Positions 20,524 to 31,075 are shown, counted from the first letter of the stretch. The stretch: 64,000 bases of DNA from Corallochytrium limacisporum Hawaii (GCA_002811645.1 PDIP01000003.1:248001-312000), one strand, 5' to 3'. Notes: generated by a model not told the origin, from the letters alone. Numbers and translations: made by a program.

Positions 20524-22193
20524 AGGAAGCCAAGAAGACGCATGCTGGCCCGAAAGGAGGGTCTTTGCACGGATCAAAGCACGGTCTTGCTGGATCACGT
20601 GGAAACATTGCAGGCCCGTCTGGGAACAAGAAGAATCACCAAGCTGATGAAGACCCTCCAGAAGAGTCTGCAGCGATGCACGATGACCTTGCGGGCCTCA
20701 ACCTGGAACAGGATGACGAGCTGCTCGAGCGGGAGCGCAAGGCGAAGCTTGTCAATGTAGTCCAGCGCAAAAAGGTGGAAAATATTGCGGAAGTTCTGGA
20801 CGACATTCGCAATGAGCGGAAGACTCACTTGAGCTTGATTGTTGTGGGCCACGTTGATGCAGGGAAGTCCACTATCATGGGACACATGCTTGTCAAGATG
20901 GGCAAGGTCAGTGATCGCACAGTCAACAAGTTTGAACGTGATGCGGGACGCATGGGGAAAGCGTCTTTTAAGTTTGCCTGGGTGCTGGATGCTGGTGAGG
21001 AGGAGCGTAACCGCGGCATTACTGTCAACGTGGCCACCACGAACTTTGAAACGGACCACCGTGACGTGACGCTGATGGATGCTCCAGGTCACAAGGACTT
21101 TGTGCCGAACATGATCAGCGGTGCCACCCAAGCTGACTGTGCCATGCTGGTAATTGACGGCGCCAAGGGAGGTTTTGAATCTGGTTTCGATCCGAAGGGC
21201 CAGACCCGTGAGCACGCGCAACTAGTGCGCTCGCTTGGCATTAGCGAAGTGGTCGTCGCCATCAACAAGCTCGATACGGTGGCGTGGAGTGAGAAGCGGT
21301 ACGAATCGATCAAGGACATCCTCGGTGCCTTCCTCAAGAAGGTAGGATACAAGGAGGACCGTGTGCACTATGTGCCGTGTTCCGGTCTGACTGGTGAAAA
21401 TCTTGTCGATCGCACCGCCGATGAACTCAAGGCTTGGTACGACGGACCCACCCTTGTAGAAGCAATTGATAAACTGAGCCCCAAGGCCGTGGATGCACAG
21501 GCACCGCTGGTTATGTCAGTCACAGATGTATTCAAGGGACAGCTAGGCCTCTCTGTTGCCGGGAAATTGATGGCAGGTACCATGAGAACAGGTGACAAAG
21601 TATTGGTGGAACCCGGCTACGAGGTCGCCACAGCACGTGCCATTCAATTCCATGGTGAGCCTGTGGAATGGGCAGCCGCTGGTGACCACGTCACGGTGAC
21701 TCTAAATAACATTGAAGAGGAGCAACTGTACGCTGGCTGCTTTATTGCGGACCCCCAGCGGCCCATTCCCATCACCGATCGTATCCGTGCACGCATTGTA
21801 ACCTTTGACATTGAAAAGCCTATTCTCAAAGGCCAAGCAATTATCTTCCACCACCAGGGCCACGACGAAGGGGCGCATGTTACACGCCTTAAGGCGGAGA
21901 TTGACAAGGCGGACGGTACCATTCTCAGGGACAAGCCGCGGCGTATCGGTGCCAATGTCACCGCCATTGTAGACATCATGCTAGAACGTAAACTGTGCAT
22001 CGACACAGCGTCCAATCTAAAGCGACTCGGCATGTTCACCCTACGTAGCGGTGGTGCTACAGTCGCCGCTGGCCTTGTACAGGAGGTTCTCATCACCCGC
22101 AAGGAAAAAGAGAAACGTCAGAGGCGCAAGGAAGCGGCCCTTGCCCAGAGCAGTGTCGGTGGCAGCATGGCCAACCTCAACGGGGACGACTGA
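19356..22193 (+). CDS. HBS1L: HBS1-like translational GTPase, spliced: exon 1 19356-19734, exon 2 20503-22193 (689 aa)
   Basis: N-terminal MSRHRNVR..YD as in HBS1L, then a UBA-like helical domain. Donor AAAG|GTAAGC (19735), branch TACTAAC (20463-20469) and acceptor CAACAG| (20502) join in frame (..TAK-GHGAQR-MKEA..). GTPase motifs GHVDAGKST, DAPGH, NKLD. Confidence 0.9.
19735..20502 (+). other. Spliceosomal intron with alternative 5' donors (19735 GTAAGC; 20328 GTCCAC; possibly 20405 GTACGT)
   Basis: TACTAAC branch point, pyrimidine-rich tract, and the first AG after the branch point at 20501-20502. Confidence 0.85.
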
Positions 22194-22734
22194 TCCTTGA
22201 CTTTTCCTTCCGTAGTTTTAGTCGATTCATTATAGGCCGTTAGTATTATTCATCAAAGCCAAAAATAGTTTATTTGCCCAACCAGCTTCCCAATGATGCG
22301 TACGCTGCACGACTGCGGGAAACCGGGGGATTCCCCTTTCCTCCCCCAACGAAATCACTCCCCCTTCCCTCCCCTTCCCTCTCCTTTCCATTTCTTCCGG
22401 TTTTTCTGCCCCTTCTTGTTTCCCCATCTGGAGACCCCCACCGCTGGGCGATGGTGGGGGCGTATTGATTGCTATGGAATTATTCGCGCCGCACGCCGCG
22501 TCCAAATGTTCCGTGAAAATCCGAACGGGTCTGGTGGACCACAGCGACGACGGGGGAAGCTGCTTGTTTCTGTGGAGAGGTCACAATGGTAGAAGAAGCG
22601 AGCAGGCCGGCACTCACGGTGAGAACAGAGGACATATAAGGTCAACAACACTGCATGCACTTGTATCATAAACTTAGTCATCTGACTTGCTAGTACGCAG
22701 TGGGTAGCAGGCATGTCCAGGGGCTAGCTCAACC

Positions 22735-23853
22735 ATGACGACAACAAGAGATGAACTTCGAGTCTTGCAACCGGACGGGACTCTTGGCCTGGATGAAATG
22801 GCCAAGAGCTCCGCAAGGACGGTTCTGCGCAAAGGCGTCAAGCTAAATTTACTGGTTCTGGGCATGAAAGGAACAGGAAGGCATGACCTGGTCGACACTT
22901 TGTTTCATCTCCCAGGTCCGAATTGCACAAACAGCGGACGCAAGGCGGCAGCAGATGCTGCCATTGATCACGAAGAGCATGTATTTACCTTTAGAGAAAC
23001 CGATCTGGGGTTCACACAGCGGGTCTGGCTATCTGTAGCATTTGGACTAGATTTTAGGTTTGGGGACGAAGGCGTGACCGAAACGGAGTGGGACTATGTT
23101 CAGAAGAGCTATACCGCAGAGGTTCAGAAACTGCGCAATGAGGGGGTATACGAATTCGGCTACCTCCGGCGTGACACCATCAATGCCATTCTTTTGGTGT
23201 TTGCTGCTGATGGTGAATATACTGATGTTGAAGCCTCCATCAAATCGGTCAAGAAACTCTTTGATTGCGCCCCAGTCATTCCCGTGATTACAATGGCCGA
23301 CAAGGTTTCTCCCGGGAAGTTAAAAGAGTTGAAGACCAAGATCTCCATGGGCCTCAGCGCAGCAAAAGTGTATGCATGGCGTGCCCCTAATGAATTCGGT
23401 GCTCCGGTTTTAAGTCGAGAACCTTTGGCTGTAATGACGGCACGGCATGTTCCTAATAACGTCCGCAACGTAAGAGGAGTGGTGGTGGATGCGAACAGCG
23501 ATAAGAATTATGACTTCTTGGAGCTACGAAAACTATTAGTCGGGTCGTCACTGGTCGACCTCCTCATAGCCGGAGAGACGTACTTGGATGCAAACTCCGA
23601 GGTTGCGGACGGTATCATGCCCACAGAGTTGCTCAAGATTCATGAAAAGTTTAGGGAAGAGCATAAGAAGCACCGAGAGCTCATGGAAACCAAGCGCGAG
23701 GAGCTCCGACAGTCAATTTCCGCCGACGTTAGGAAAGCAATCGCCGGGCTGCGCGCACGCGAAGCGCAAATCCTGGAAGAGGCGCAACGACTAACCACAG
23801 ATCTCGCTCAGAGGGCTAAGCACGCTCCCGCCCGAGCTGCGTCACGTAGGTAG
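22735..23853 (+). CDS. Divergent septin with degenerate G motifs
   Basis: RKGVKLNLLVLG (cf. KGF.FNLMVVG), VIPVITMADK (cf. IAKAD), DFLELRKLL (septin unique element), C-terminal coiled coil. Confidence 0.8.
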   Translation: MTTTRDELRVLQPDGTLGLDEMAKSSARTVLRKGVKLNLLVLGMKGTGRHDLVDTLFHLPGPNCTNSGRKAAADAAIDHEEHVFTFRETDLGFTQRVWLSVAFGLDFRFGDEGVTETEWDYVQKSYTAEVQKLRNEGVYEFGYLRRDTINAILLVFAADGEYTDVEASIKSVKKLFDCAPVIPVITMADKVSPGKLKELKTKISMGLSAAKVYAWRAPNEFGAPVLSREPLAVMTARHVPNNVRNVRGVVVDANSDKNYDFLELRKLLVGSSLVDLLIAGETYLDANSEVADGIMPTELLKIHEKFREEHKKHRELMETKREELRQSISADVRKAIAGLRAREAQILEEAQRLTTDLAQRAKHAPARAASRR

Positions 23854-24554
23854 AACAATTGCCCGTGAGTGAGGTTACATCAATAGACATTATCTTTGTA
23901 GTTTTATTTGTCCCACCCGCAACTCGAGTGACCTACTATGCGGAACCTGAGGATGTGACCTTGCGGTGCTACCGTGATGGCGACCGTCAACCGCCGCCCA
24001 TTCTAGCCAAGCGGCCAAGATACAGTACTGGATAATATATACTAGTTTTCCACCCTCCCTTCCATCACCGATCAAACCACATTGAACGCTCCAGGTCCCG
24101 TCCGATCCCTGAAGATAAGCAACGTCGGGTCAGGTTAGTACCATCGTGGGAGACCAGATGGGAATTCCTGATGTTGGTGGTCTTTTTTTTTGCACTTTCC
24201 AATACCCAATGTACTGAAGCGGAGACCCCTTTTTTTGGTTTCCGTCCTTTTTTTTTTTTTTTTTTTGTTTCCGCTTTGGGCACACTATGCTCCGGCTCTT
24301 GGTTTCGGGGTCTGTTTGTTTCCTCCCCGCTACAGCCACTCACACTGGGTCAGTCACCACGGGAGATTCGCGTGTGTCCCGCGGGTGTGCACCGGGCCGG
24401 GGGAGGTAATGTTCCGAACGCGCACGAAGAAGGTACCTCTTGCGAGTCTTGTCGTGCATTGGGAGCTGACTAAAGGTGCTAGGCAGGATTTAGGTGTGTG
24501 ACGGTGTTACCATTTACCAGTGTGTAAACATCTGTATGATATATCACAGTGATC

Positions 24555-25850
24555 ATGGATGCCAAACGGAGGAAAACAGACAATATGGCAAGCAGTAAGA
24601 TCTCCGTGGTCATGTGCGGTACGGGCGAGTACACCACTGGTTTTGTTCACGACAGTGGGTCCACGAGTGATAAGAAGGCAGGAGTCGTGGCCCTTTCCTG
24701 CTTTGAAATGCGTCGACTAGGCAAGATTGACCAGGTGGCAATGGCGGGTGTGAACGGTACCAAGTTCCCGGGAATTCGAGAACACATGAAAGAACAGATC
24801 CAGGACCGCTATGGTGGTCTCGACATTTCCTGCGAGACGTACCCGAACGACGACAGAAAAGACCCAGAGTCTTATCTGATGCCATTTGAAAAGTACAAGG
24901 ATGCCAACAATGCAGTCATCATCTTCACTCCCGATGACACGCACTACAAATTAGCCAAGGACGCCCTCGAGCGTGGATTCCACGTACTTGTGACCAAACC
25001 TGTGACCAAGTGGGTCCGCGAGCACCAGGAACTAGTTAGGATTGCTAAGGAAAAGGGGCTACTCTTTGCGGGAGAGTTTCACAAACGCTTTGACCCCATA
25101 TATGCGGACGGACGGCAGCGGGCACGGACCCTGGGCAAGTTCCAGTACTTCACATCCTATATGTCACAGCCTAAGCAACAACTCAAAACTTTCCGCCAGT
25201 GGGCTGGCAAGAGTTCCGACATTAGCTATTACCTCAATGCCCACCACATTGACTGGCACGTCTGGACAATGTCAGGGATTGCCAGGCCCACGCAGGTGCA
25301 CGCGATGTGCTCTACAGGCATTGCTGATTCCCCCGAATTTGGCTGTGTTGCGGGAACAGAGGATGTCATCACCCTATGTGTGAGTTGGGAGAATTTGGAA
25401 GATGGCAGCAAAGGGCACGCCACCTACACTTCCAGTTGGGCTGCCAGCAAGAAAGCCGAGGTGCACAGCCAGCAAAGATTCTTCTACACTGGTCATGGTG
25501 GGGAAGTTCGCGTAGATCAAGCCCATCGTGGGTACGAAAGTGCTACCGATACAGAAGGGTACAAGTCCAACAATCCGTTGTATATGGCCTACCTGCCAGG
25601 ACCTGACGGCCGGTTCGCAGGTCACCACGGCTATGGCTACAAGTCATTTGAACTTTTCATCGATGCGTGCCGGGCGATCAATAGCGGTGCAAAGACCATT
25701 GATGACTTTAAACAGAGTCTTGCCCTGGGCCAGGATACTGTCCTGACCACTGCCATCCTCGAAGCCGGGTGGCACAGTCTGCAGAGCTCCAAGCCCGTGG
25801 CCTTAAAGTACGACGCCGACGGAGAGTATGTAGAGATGGTTCTTCACTAG
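24555..25850 (+). CDS. Gfo/Idh/MocA NAD(P)-dependent oxidoreductase (D-galacturonate reductase-like)
   Basis: GTGEYTTG, IFTPDDTH, HVLVTKP, HKRFDP, SDISYYLNAHHID, HSQQRF. Confidence 0.85.
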   Translation: MDAKRRKTDNMASSKISVVMCGTGEYTTGFVHDSGSTSDKKAGVVALSCFEMRRLGKIDQVAMAGVNGTKFPGIREHMKEQIQDRYGGLDISCETYPNDDRKDPESYLMPFEKYKDANNAVIIFTPDDTHYKLAKDALERGFHVLVTKPVTKWVREHQELVRIAKEKGLLFAGEFHKRFDPIYADGRQRARTLGKFQYFTSYMSQPKQQLKTFRQWAGKSSDISYYLNAHHIDWHVWTMSGIARPTQVHAMCSTGIADSPEFGCVAGTEDVITLCVSWENLEDGSKGHATYTSSWAASKKAEVHSQQRFFYTGHGGEVRVDQAHRGYESATDTEGYKSNNPLYMAYLPGPDGRFAGHHGYGYKSFELFIDACRAINSGAKTIDDFKQSLALGQDTVLTTAILEAGWHSLQSSKPVALKYDADGEYVEMVLH

Positions 25851-25956
25851 ACTAAGATACACCACCCCTAGCTCAAGATCGTGTTGTACGTTTCCTTCTT
25901 CCTATGAACACTATACTTCTATCTATTGCTATAAGTAATATCACATATGATCCCAA

Positions 25957-26637
25957 TCAGTGCAATGTACGCTCCGGGTGCTTTAGGTCAATAACCTTCC
26001 AGTCCGGAATGATCATTTCCTGCGGAAGGATTCCTTCTTGTTCCCATTTCTGTACGATGGGCAAGACGGCGTCGTATATCGCCTGATTGCCCGCCTGGTT
26101 CAGATGCAGACCATCCCGCAGTCCCGTGGAGAATGAATTGGGGAATCGCTCCTGCCATACCTGGAAGAGGTCTAAAGAGTGAGTTGCTTTCTTAGCAGCC
26201 ACGTCAATTGCTGCTTTGCAATATTCATGTGTGCCGTCCACAGTGTGCCCTTTGGCACAGAGTTCAGGGTTGGGTGGTGAACAGCCCATAATCAGAATTG
26301 CACTGGCCTTTATTCCCCCAGCCACCAGATCATCAACCATGGTCTCCAGATTCGACACAAATTCATTTAAAGGCACAGATTGCTCGCTGCGTTCCGGGTT
26401 ACCTGAGTCATTGGCACCGAGCAAGATGATCGCAGCACATTTCTCATCGTGCAGCTTGAATGGTGATAGTAGTTTCGGCATCAGTAGACGCAACCATCGA
26501 GAATTGTAGCCCGACAAGCCGCGGTTGATAAGGTCACTCCTCCTCCGCAGGTAGTCACCCAGCAGAGTCGCCCAGTTGTTGTGTTCTTGTGTGATGGAGT
26601 CCCCAAGGAGGAACAGCTTTCCGTATCCCGCCATCAT
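25957..26637 (-). CDS. IAH1: SGNH/GDSL esterase, isoamyl acetate-hydrolysing esterase-like
   Basis: GDSITQ, NRGLSGYNSRW, GANDS, DGLH. Confidence 0.9.
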   Translation of the reverse strand: MMAGYGKLFLLGDSITQEHNNWATLLGDYLRRRSDLINRGLSGYNSRWLRLLMPKLLSPFKLHDEKCAAIILLGANDSGNPERSEQSVPLNEFVSNLETMVDDLVAGGIKASAILIMGCSPPNPELCAKGHTVDGTHEYCKAAIDVAAKKATHSLDLFQVWQERFPNSFSTGLRDGLHLNQAGNQAIYDAVLPIVQKWEQEGILPQEMIIPDWKVIDLKHPERTLH

Positions 26638-27395
26638 GTATAGATGCGCGCGTCCTAGTCTATTTGTGTGTGGGTGCTACTGGGTCGAAACTGCTACGCA
26701 ACGCTTGATGGTTCAGTCGTTGTTTGACAGCACGGTTTCTACCATGTCTGCGGCCTCTCCCAAATAGTCTTGGCAGAGCCCGCTTGCCTAGGTGTATTGA
26801 GTGCTCCGCCCAAACACAGACATGGTAAAGCCTCTACAACCCTCATCGGGATGTCCACTAGCCGAGAGGAGTAAGAATGAAACCAGAGGACATGCCTCGG
26901 AGACTCGGTACTCGGGAAACACAGCGCATCTGCGCGCACTGTCGTCACCCCGTAATAGCGAAATTTGCGCATGTACAGCAAACACACACATAGACACACA
27001 CAATAGTGGCTGAGACGAATTAATCTTCAGGATTATCGTGTCCACGCAAGAGACAAAACATTTAGGAGTTGAATTGTTTGCATCGCTCACGGTTAATACA
27101 ATCCGATTCTCGGACTGTGGAAATTAAGTCGCTGTATGAATCGTCTGGACCGTCCCGCGTCACTAGCTTCGCGTGTGTGCGCGCGTCTGCCTCCATGGCC
27201 CGTCGTCTCCCTGCCTCACATTGTGAGACGAACGCTACGAACAGAGAGCGAGTGCCCCCGTGCCAAGGACAATGTGGGGTTGGGGGGTTGGGGGTTTGAG
27301 GGGATGGACCGCCCAATATACACGCGAGAGGGCGCCACCGTAGAGCGGCCTCAGTTGCGGGTGCGAGGGACGGCCCATTGAAGCGAAGGGGTGAA

Positions 27396-27455
27396 GGGGG
27401 GGGGTTTTGGGGATGGTCGCGCACGGGCGCAGGAAAGACAAATCCCCCCCCCCCC
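27396..27455. promoter_or_regulatory. G9 and C12 tracts in the IAH1/CDK divergent promoter
   Basis: Homopolymer tracts read directly from the sequence. Confidence 0.4.
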
Positions 27456-27956
27456 AACCCTCGTTCTCCAAGGGGCGGCCGAGGATAGGGAAGGTGGAGA
27501 AAAGACACCGAGTGCCTGTGCAGTGTGCACTTGCTGAAATACGAACCGCCAAGGGCCGAGGTGAGCCTCCCCGCGGGAGAAGGAAGTGAGAATCTTCCAG
27601 TCTTTCTGTAGGCCAGGAGCGCAAGAAAGGCCGGGGGCCGGCCGGTAGGCGTGCTAGCGGGATGGTTCTGTTGCATAGTCAGTGGCACAAGGAATTCCAG
27701 TTCATGCACGCACCTAGTTGTACTGCAGTGTGTTGGCGTTGGTTGGGACATGTTGTATAGGATGGTATTTCACAGAAATCCTTACGGTTGACGAAAAAAT
27801 GGGAGAGTATGCGACCTTTTACTACATATTTGTTCCGGAAGAAAGACGTTAAAGCAAACGGAAATGGTGCAACTCTATTCGCAAAGGTGAGCCATATATT
27901 TTATTATTTGTATCAGACAATGTAGTGCACGGTCTGGAATAAAGAATCTTGAAAAC

Positions 27957-30119
27957 ATGGCGCAGGGTGATCTTGATAAGGCGCACCCGCCGCGACTGTT
28001 AACGGCAACGAGAACCACGTGCCGCAGCATAAAGGCGTTCGACGACTTGAAGCAAATCGGCCTGGGCACGTATGGTCAAGTTTTCAAGGGCGCCCAAGAT
28101 GATGGCACGCCAGTGGCACTCAAAAAGATCAAGCTCGAGAACCAGAAGGACGGGTTTCCCATTACAGCCATCCGTGAGATTAAACTCCTCTCGCGATTAA
28201 ATCATAAAAACTTGGTATCATTATTAGAGATTGTTACAGATCAAGGTAAAGAAGAAAGCGCCAACGGAGAGAATGACCATATTAATCCGCTCAAGCTTGC
28301 CAACTTGTCACTGTATCTGGTATTCGAGTACTGTGACTACGATCTCTCAGGATTGCTGAGATCTGGACTGGTGACACTTTCGGAGCTGCAAGTCAAGTCT
28401 TATACATATCAGATGTTGCAAGGTTTACTGTACTTACACGACGCGGGCATTCTCCATCGGGACATCAAGGCCTCAAATATGCTTCTTAGCCGTGACGGAC
28501 AGTTGAAGGTTGCGGACTTTGGACTGGCACGCTATGCAGAGAATCGGGACCAGCGGTACACCAACCATGTTATTACTCTTTGGTACAGACCACCGGAATT
28601 GCTTCTGGGAACGAATAGCTATAGCTACGAAGTGGATATGTGGAGCATGGGCTGTTTGATAACAGAACTGTTCCTGGGATCTCCACCATTCCCCGGCAAT
28701 GACGAACCGGGCCAGCTGAAAGTGGTATTCAAAATCACAGGTAAACCGACAGAGAAGAACTGGCCAGGGTGCAGCATGCTACCCAACTTCAACATGATTG
28801 CCAATATTGCACCGTATGAGCGAAAGGTACAGGAAAAGTTTGAGAAACTTCCACCAGCGGCCTTGAACCTTGTGGATGAACTGTTGGTGCTCGACCCACG
28901 CAATCGATTAACAGCAAAGGAAGCTCTGGAGCATGAATTCTTTGATGGCTATGACGGGTCATTGGTGCCAATTGATAATCTACCAGCCGATCGGGACCTC
29001 CATGAGTACTCAATCAAGATGGAAGGACGGCGGATGAGTACATCGCATAAGGCAGACGAGCAACACAGCACTGGAGACGGTGGAAAGATGCGGAACACGG
29101 GTGGATCTTCACGGGAATCGCGATCACAGGCATACGCAACCGGAGGTGATAGTGTGAGAGAGCGCGGAGACCGCGACCGCGAGAATGGTGGCCCCTATGG
29201 CCATGATGAACAGCAGCATAAGCGGAAGAGACCTCCCCCGCCTCCCCCAGGCGCCAAGGGCAATGATCGCAAGAACGAAAGTGACTACCACCACAGTGGA
29301 GACGACCGCAGTCGCGGCCATGGGGACAGCAGCTTCGGTAGAAGTGGTCAACCCTACGGGCGCCGCCGCAGCGCGCGGTCGTACTCTCCTTCTCGGTCGC
29401 GCTCTCCGCGGGATCGTTCTCCGCGGGATCGCTCGCCCCGGGATCGCTCGCCACCCTACCGCCGCCGAGAACGCCGCGATCGTGACCGGAATCGTCCTAA
29501 TGAGCGCTGGGGCCGACGATTGTCACCGCGAGAGGAAAATCGGGACCGTCGAGACCAAAACCGAGGGGACCGGAGGGATGATAACTATAACCGCCGCGGG
29601 GACCGCGACCGTGGTCGCCGGCGCAATAGGGACAGTCGAGATCGTAGTTACAGCCCACAGCGCCGACGCAGTCTGTCACGAGATAGCCAAGGCAGAATCA
29701 TCCGCAGAGATGGAGGTGGTGGTGGGGCCCAGAAGGCCAGTAACCGCAATCGCCGCGACCGTCGCAAAAATCGCAAGAACAAAGGAGGTCAAGGAGGCCA
29801 AGGCGGTGCGGCTGGTTCCAGCAACGGTAGTGGGAAAAATACCCGTGGTTCTCGAGACATGGAGCTCAGTCCAATCAGAGACAAAGACGAGTCTTGGAAG
29901 AAACTCGTCGAAGAGAATCGCCGCAAGAACCCTCAGAACCGTGACGGAGGTGGTCGAGGAAGTGGACGTGATCGAGACACAGGTCGCAAAAGCCGTGGCA
30001 GTCGCGAAGGTGGCACAGGGCGCGGCTCGTGGATCTATCTCCAGGATGGAGGTCACCGGCGCGGCACTGGACCATCTGCTGGTGGTGGTGACCAAGACAC
30101 TGGTTCAAGCAAGCACTGA
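27957..30119 (+). CDS. PITAIRE CTD kinase (CDK12/13/Ctk1/CDKC-like) with C-terminal RS/RD-rich tail
   Basis: IGLGTYGQV, GFPITAIREIK, HRDIKASN, DFGLAR, YTNHVITLWYRPPELLLG. Confidence 0.93.
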   Translation: MAQGDLDKAHPPRLLTATRTTCRSIKAFDDLKQIGLGTYGQVFKGAQDDGTPVALKKIKLENQKDGFPITAIREIKLLSRLNHKNLVSLLEIVTDQGKEESANGENDHINPLKLANLSLYLVFEYCDYDLSGLLRSGLVTLSELQVKSYTYQMLQGLLYLHDAGILHRDIKASNMLLSRDGQLKVADFGLARYAENRDQRYTNHVITLWYRPPELLLGTNSYSYEVDMWSMGCLITELFLGSPPFPGNDEPGQLKVVFKITGKPTEKNWPGCSMLPNFNMIANIAPYERKVQEKFEKLPPAALNLVDELLVLDPRNRLTAKEALEHEFFDGYDGSLVPIDNLPADRDLHEYSIKMEGRRMSTSHKADEQHSTGDGGKMRNTGGSSRESRSQAYATGGDSVRERGDRDRENGGPYGHDEQQHKRKRPPPPPPGAKGNDRKNESDYHHSGDDRSRGHGDSSFGRSGQPYGRRRSARSYSPSRSRSPRDRSPRDRSPRDRSPPYRRRERRDRDRNRPNERWGRRLSPREENRDRRDQNRGDRRDDNYNRRGDRDRGRRRNRDSRDRSYSPQRRRSLSRDSQGRIIRRDGGGGGAQKASNRNRRDRRKNRKNKGGQGGQGGAAGSSNGSGKNTRGSRDMELSPIRDKDESWKKLVEENRRKNPQNRDGGGRGSGRDRDTGRKSRGSREGGTGRGSWIYLQDGGHRRGTGPSAGGGDQDTGSSKH
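29400..29453 (+). repeat. Coding 15-bp tandem repeat (RSPRD x3)
   Basis: cgctctccgcgggat cgttctccgcgggat cgctcgccccgggat. Confidence 0.85.
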
Positions 30120-30400
30120 ACACAATAAAGCTTTGAGACATTTGTACTCTGTACCGAAAGTTTACTTGGCCGTAAGCGGCCCCTTTGCCCCACCTGACCC
30201 CCTTCCCTCATTTCCCTATTCCTCCCCACCGCACCTGCAAAACTTGCAGTCGTCCAGCATGAGCGGTTGCTTGTGCACGAGAAGGTCTTTAGAAGCTGCA
30301 TGCAACAGTTTGAATAGCGCATGATCCAGTGTATCTCCCTTTAGCATTCGTATGTACCTTAGCTGTATTAATTTTATTTCGAGTTGAGGACCATAAAGTG

Positions 30401-31075
30401 ATGGCTACACTCCTGGGCGCACTGCGGAGACACGGGCTATCACAAATCTTTCGACCCATCACACCAACACAACTCAACCCTTTCTTTAGGCATTTTAGCC
30501 ACAGGTACAAAACTACCATGTCCAGTAAAACCACAGATTCACGAATAATCTGGGTTGATCTCGAGATGACCGGTCTGGAACTCGAAAAGAATCGTATTAT
30601 TGAGATGGCCGTAGTTGTGACAGAAGGCGACCGTGATCTCACCATCGTTGCTGAGTCTGAGAACCTCGTGTTCAGCTGTGACGATGCCATCCTCGATGGT
30701 ATGGATGAATGGTGCACGAAACATCATGGAGAATCTGGCCTTACTCAGGCTGTTCGCGAGTCGAAGATCAGTGTAACAGAGGGTGAGCAGCGCATGCTTA
30801 AGTTTGTCCAGGAGCATTGCGCCGCGGGGAAGTGCCCTCTGGCTGGAAACTCGGTCGGTATGGATCGTCGTTTCCTGGATGCCTACATGCCTAAATTTGG
30901 CAAATTCTTGCACTATCGCACAATTGATGTGAGCACAGTGAAGGAACTAGTCAAGCGCTGGAATCCAGAGCTCTACAGCCAGACCCCAGCGAAGAAAGAG
31001 TCTCACCGGGCACTCGATGACATTAGAGAATCGATTGAAGAGCTGCGTTGGTACGGCAAGCACAGCATAAAATAA
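30401..31075 (+). CDS. REXO2: Oligoribonuclease (Orn/REXO2) with mitochondrial presequence-like N-terminus
   Basis: IWVDLEMTGL, HGESGL, LAGNSV..DRRFL, HYRTIDVST, HRALDDIRESI. Second in-frame ATG at 30518. Confidence 0.95.
   Translation: MATLLGALRRHGLSQIFRPITPTQLNPFFRHFSHRYKTTMSSKTTDSRIIWVDLEMTGLELEKNRIIEMAVVVTEGDRDLTIVAESENLVFSCDDAILDGMDEWCTKHHGESGLTQAVRESKISVTEGEQRMLKFVQEHCAAGKCPLAGNSVGMDRRFLDAYMPKFGKFLHYRTIDVSTVKELVKRWNPELYSQTPAKKESHRALDDIRESIEELRWYGKHSIK

Noticed and set aside
26883-26970. Possible LINE zinc-knuckle/RT-thumb relic (RKFRYYGV, LCFPSTESPRHVLW)
   Set aside because: The two motifs are far too close together for ORF2 and key Cys residues are missing.
29185-30324. 379-aa alternative-frame ORF overlapping the CDK tail
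   Set aside because: T/A/V/I-rich shadow of the repetitive R/D/S/G codons of the CDK tail; no independent evidence.
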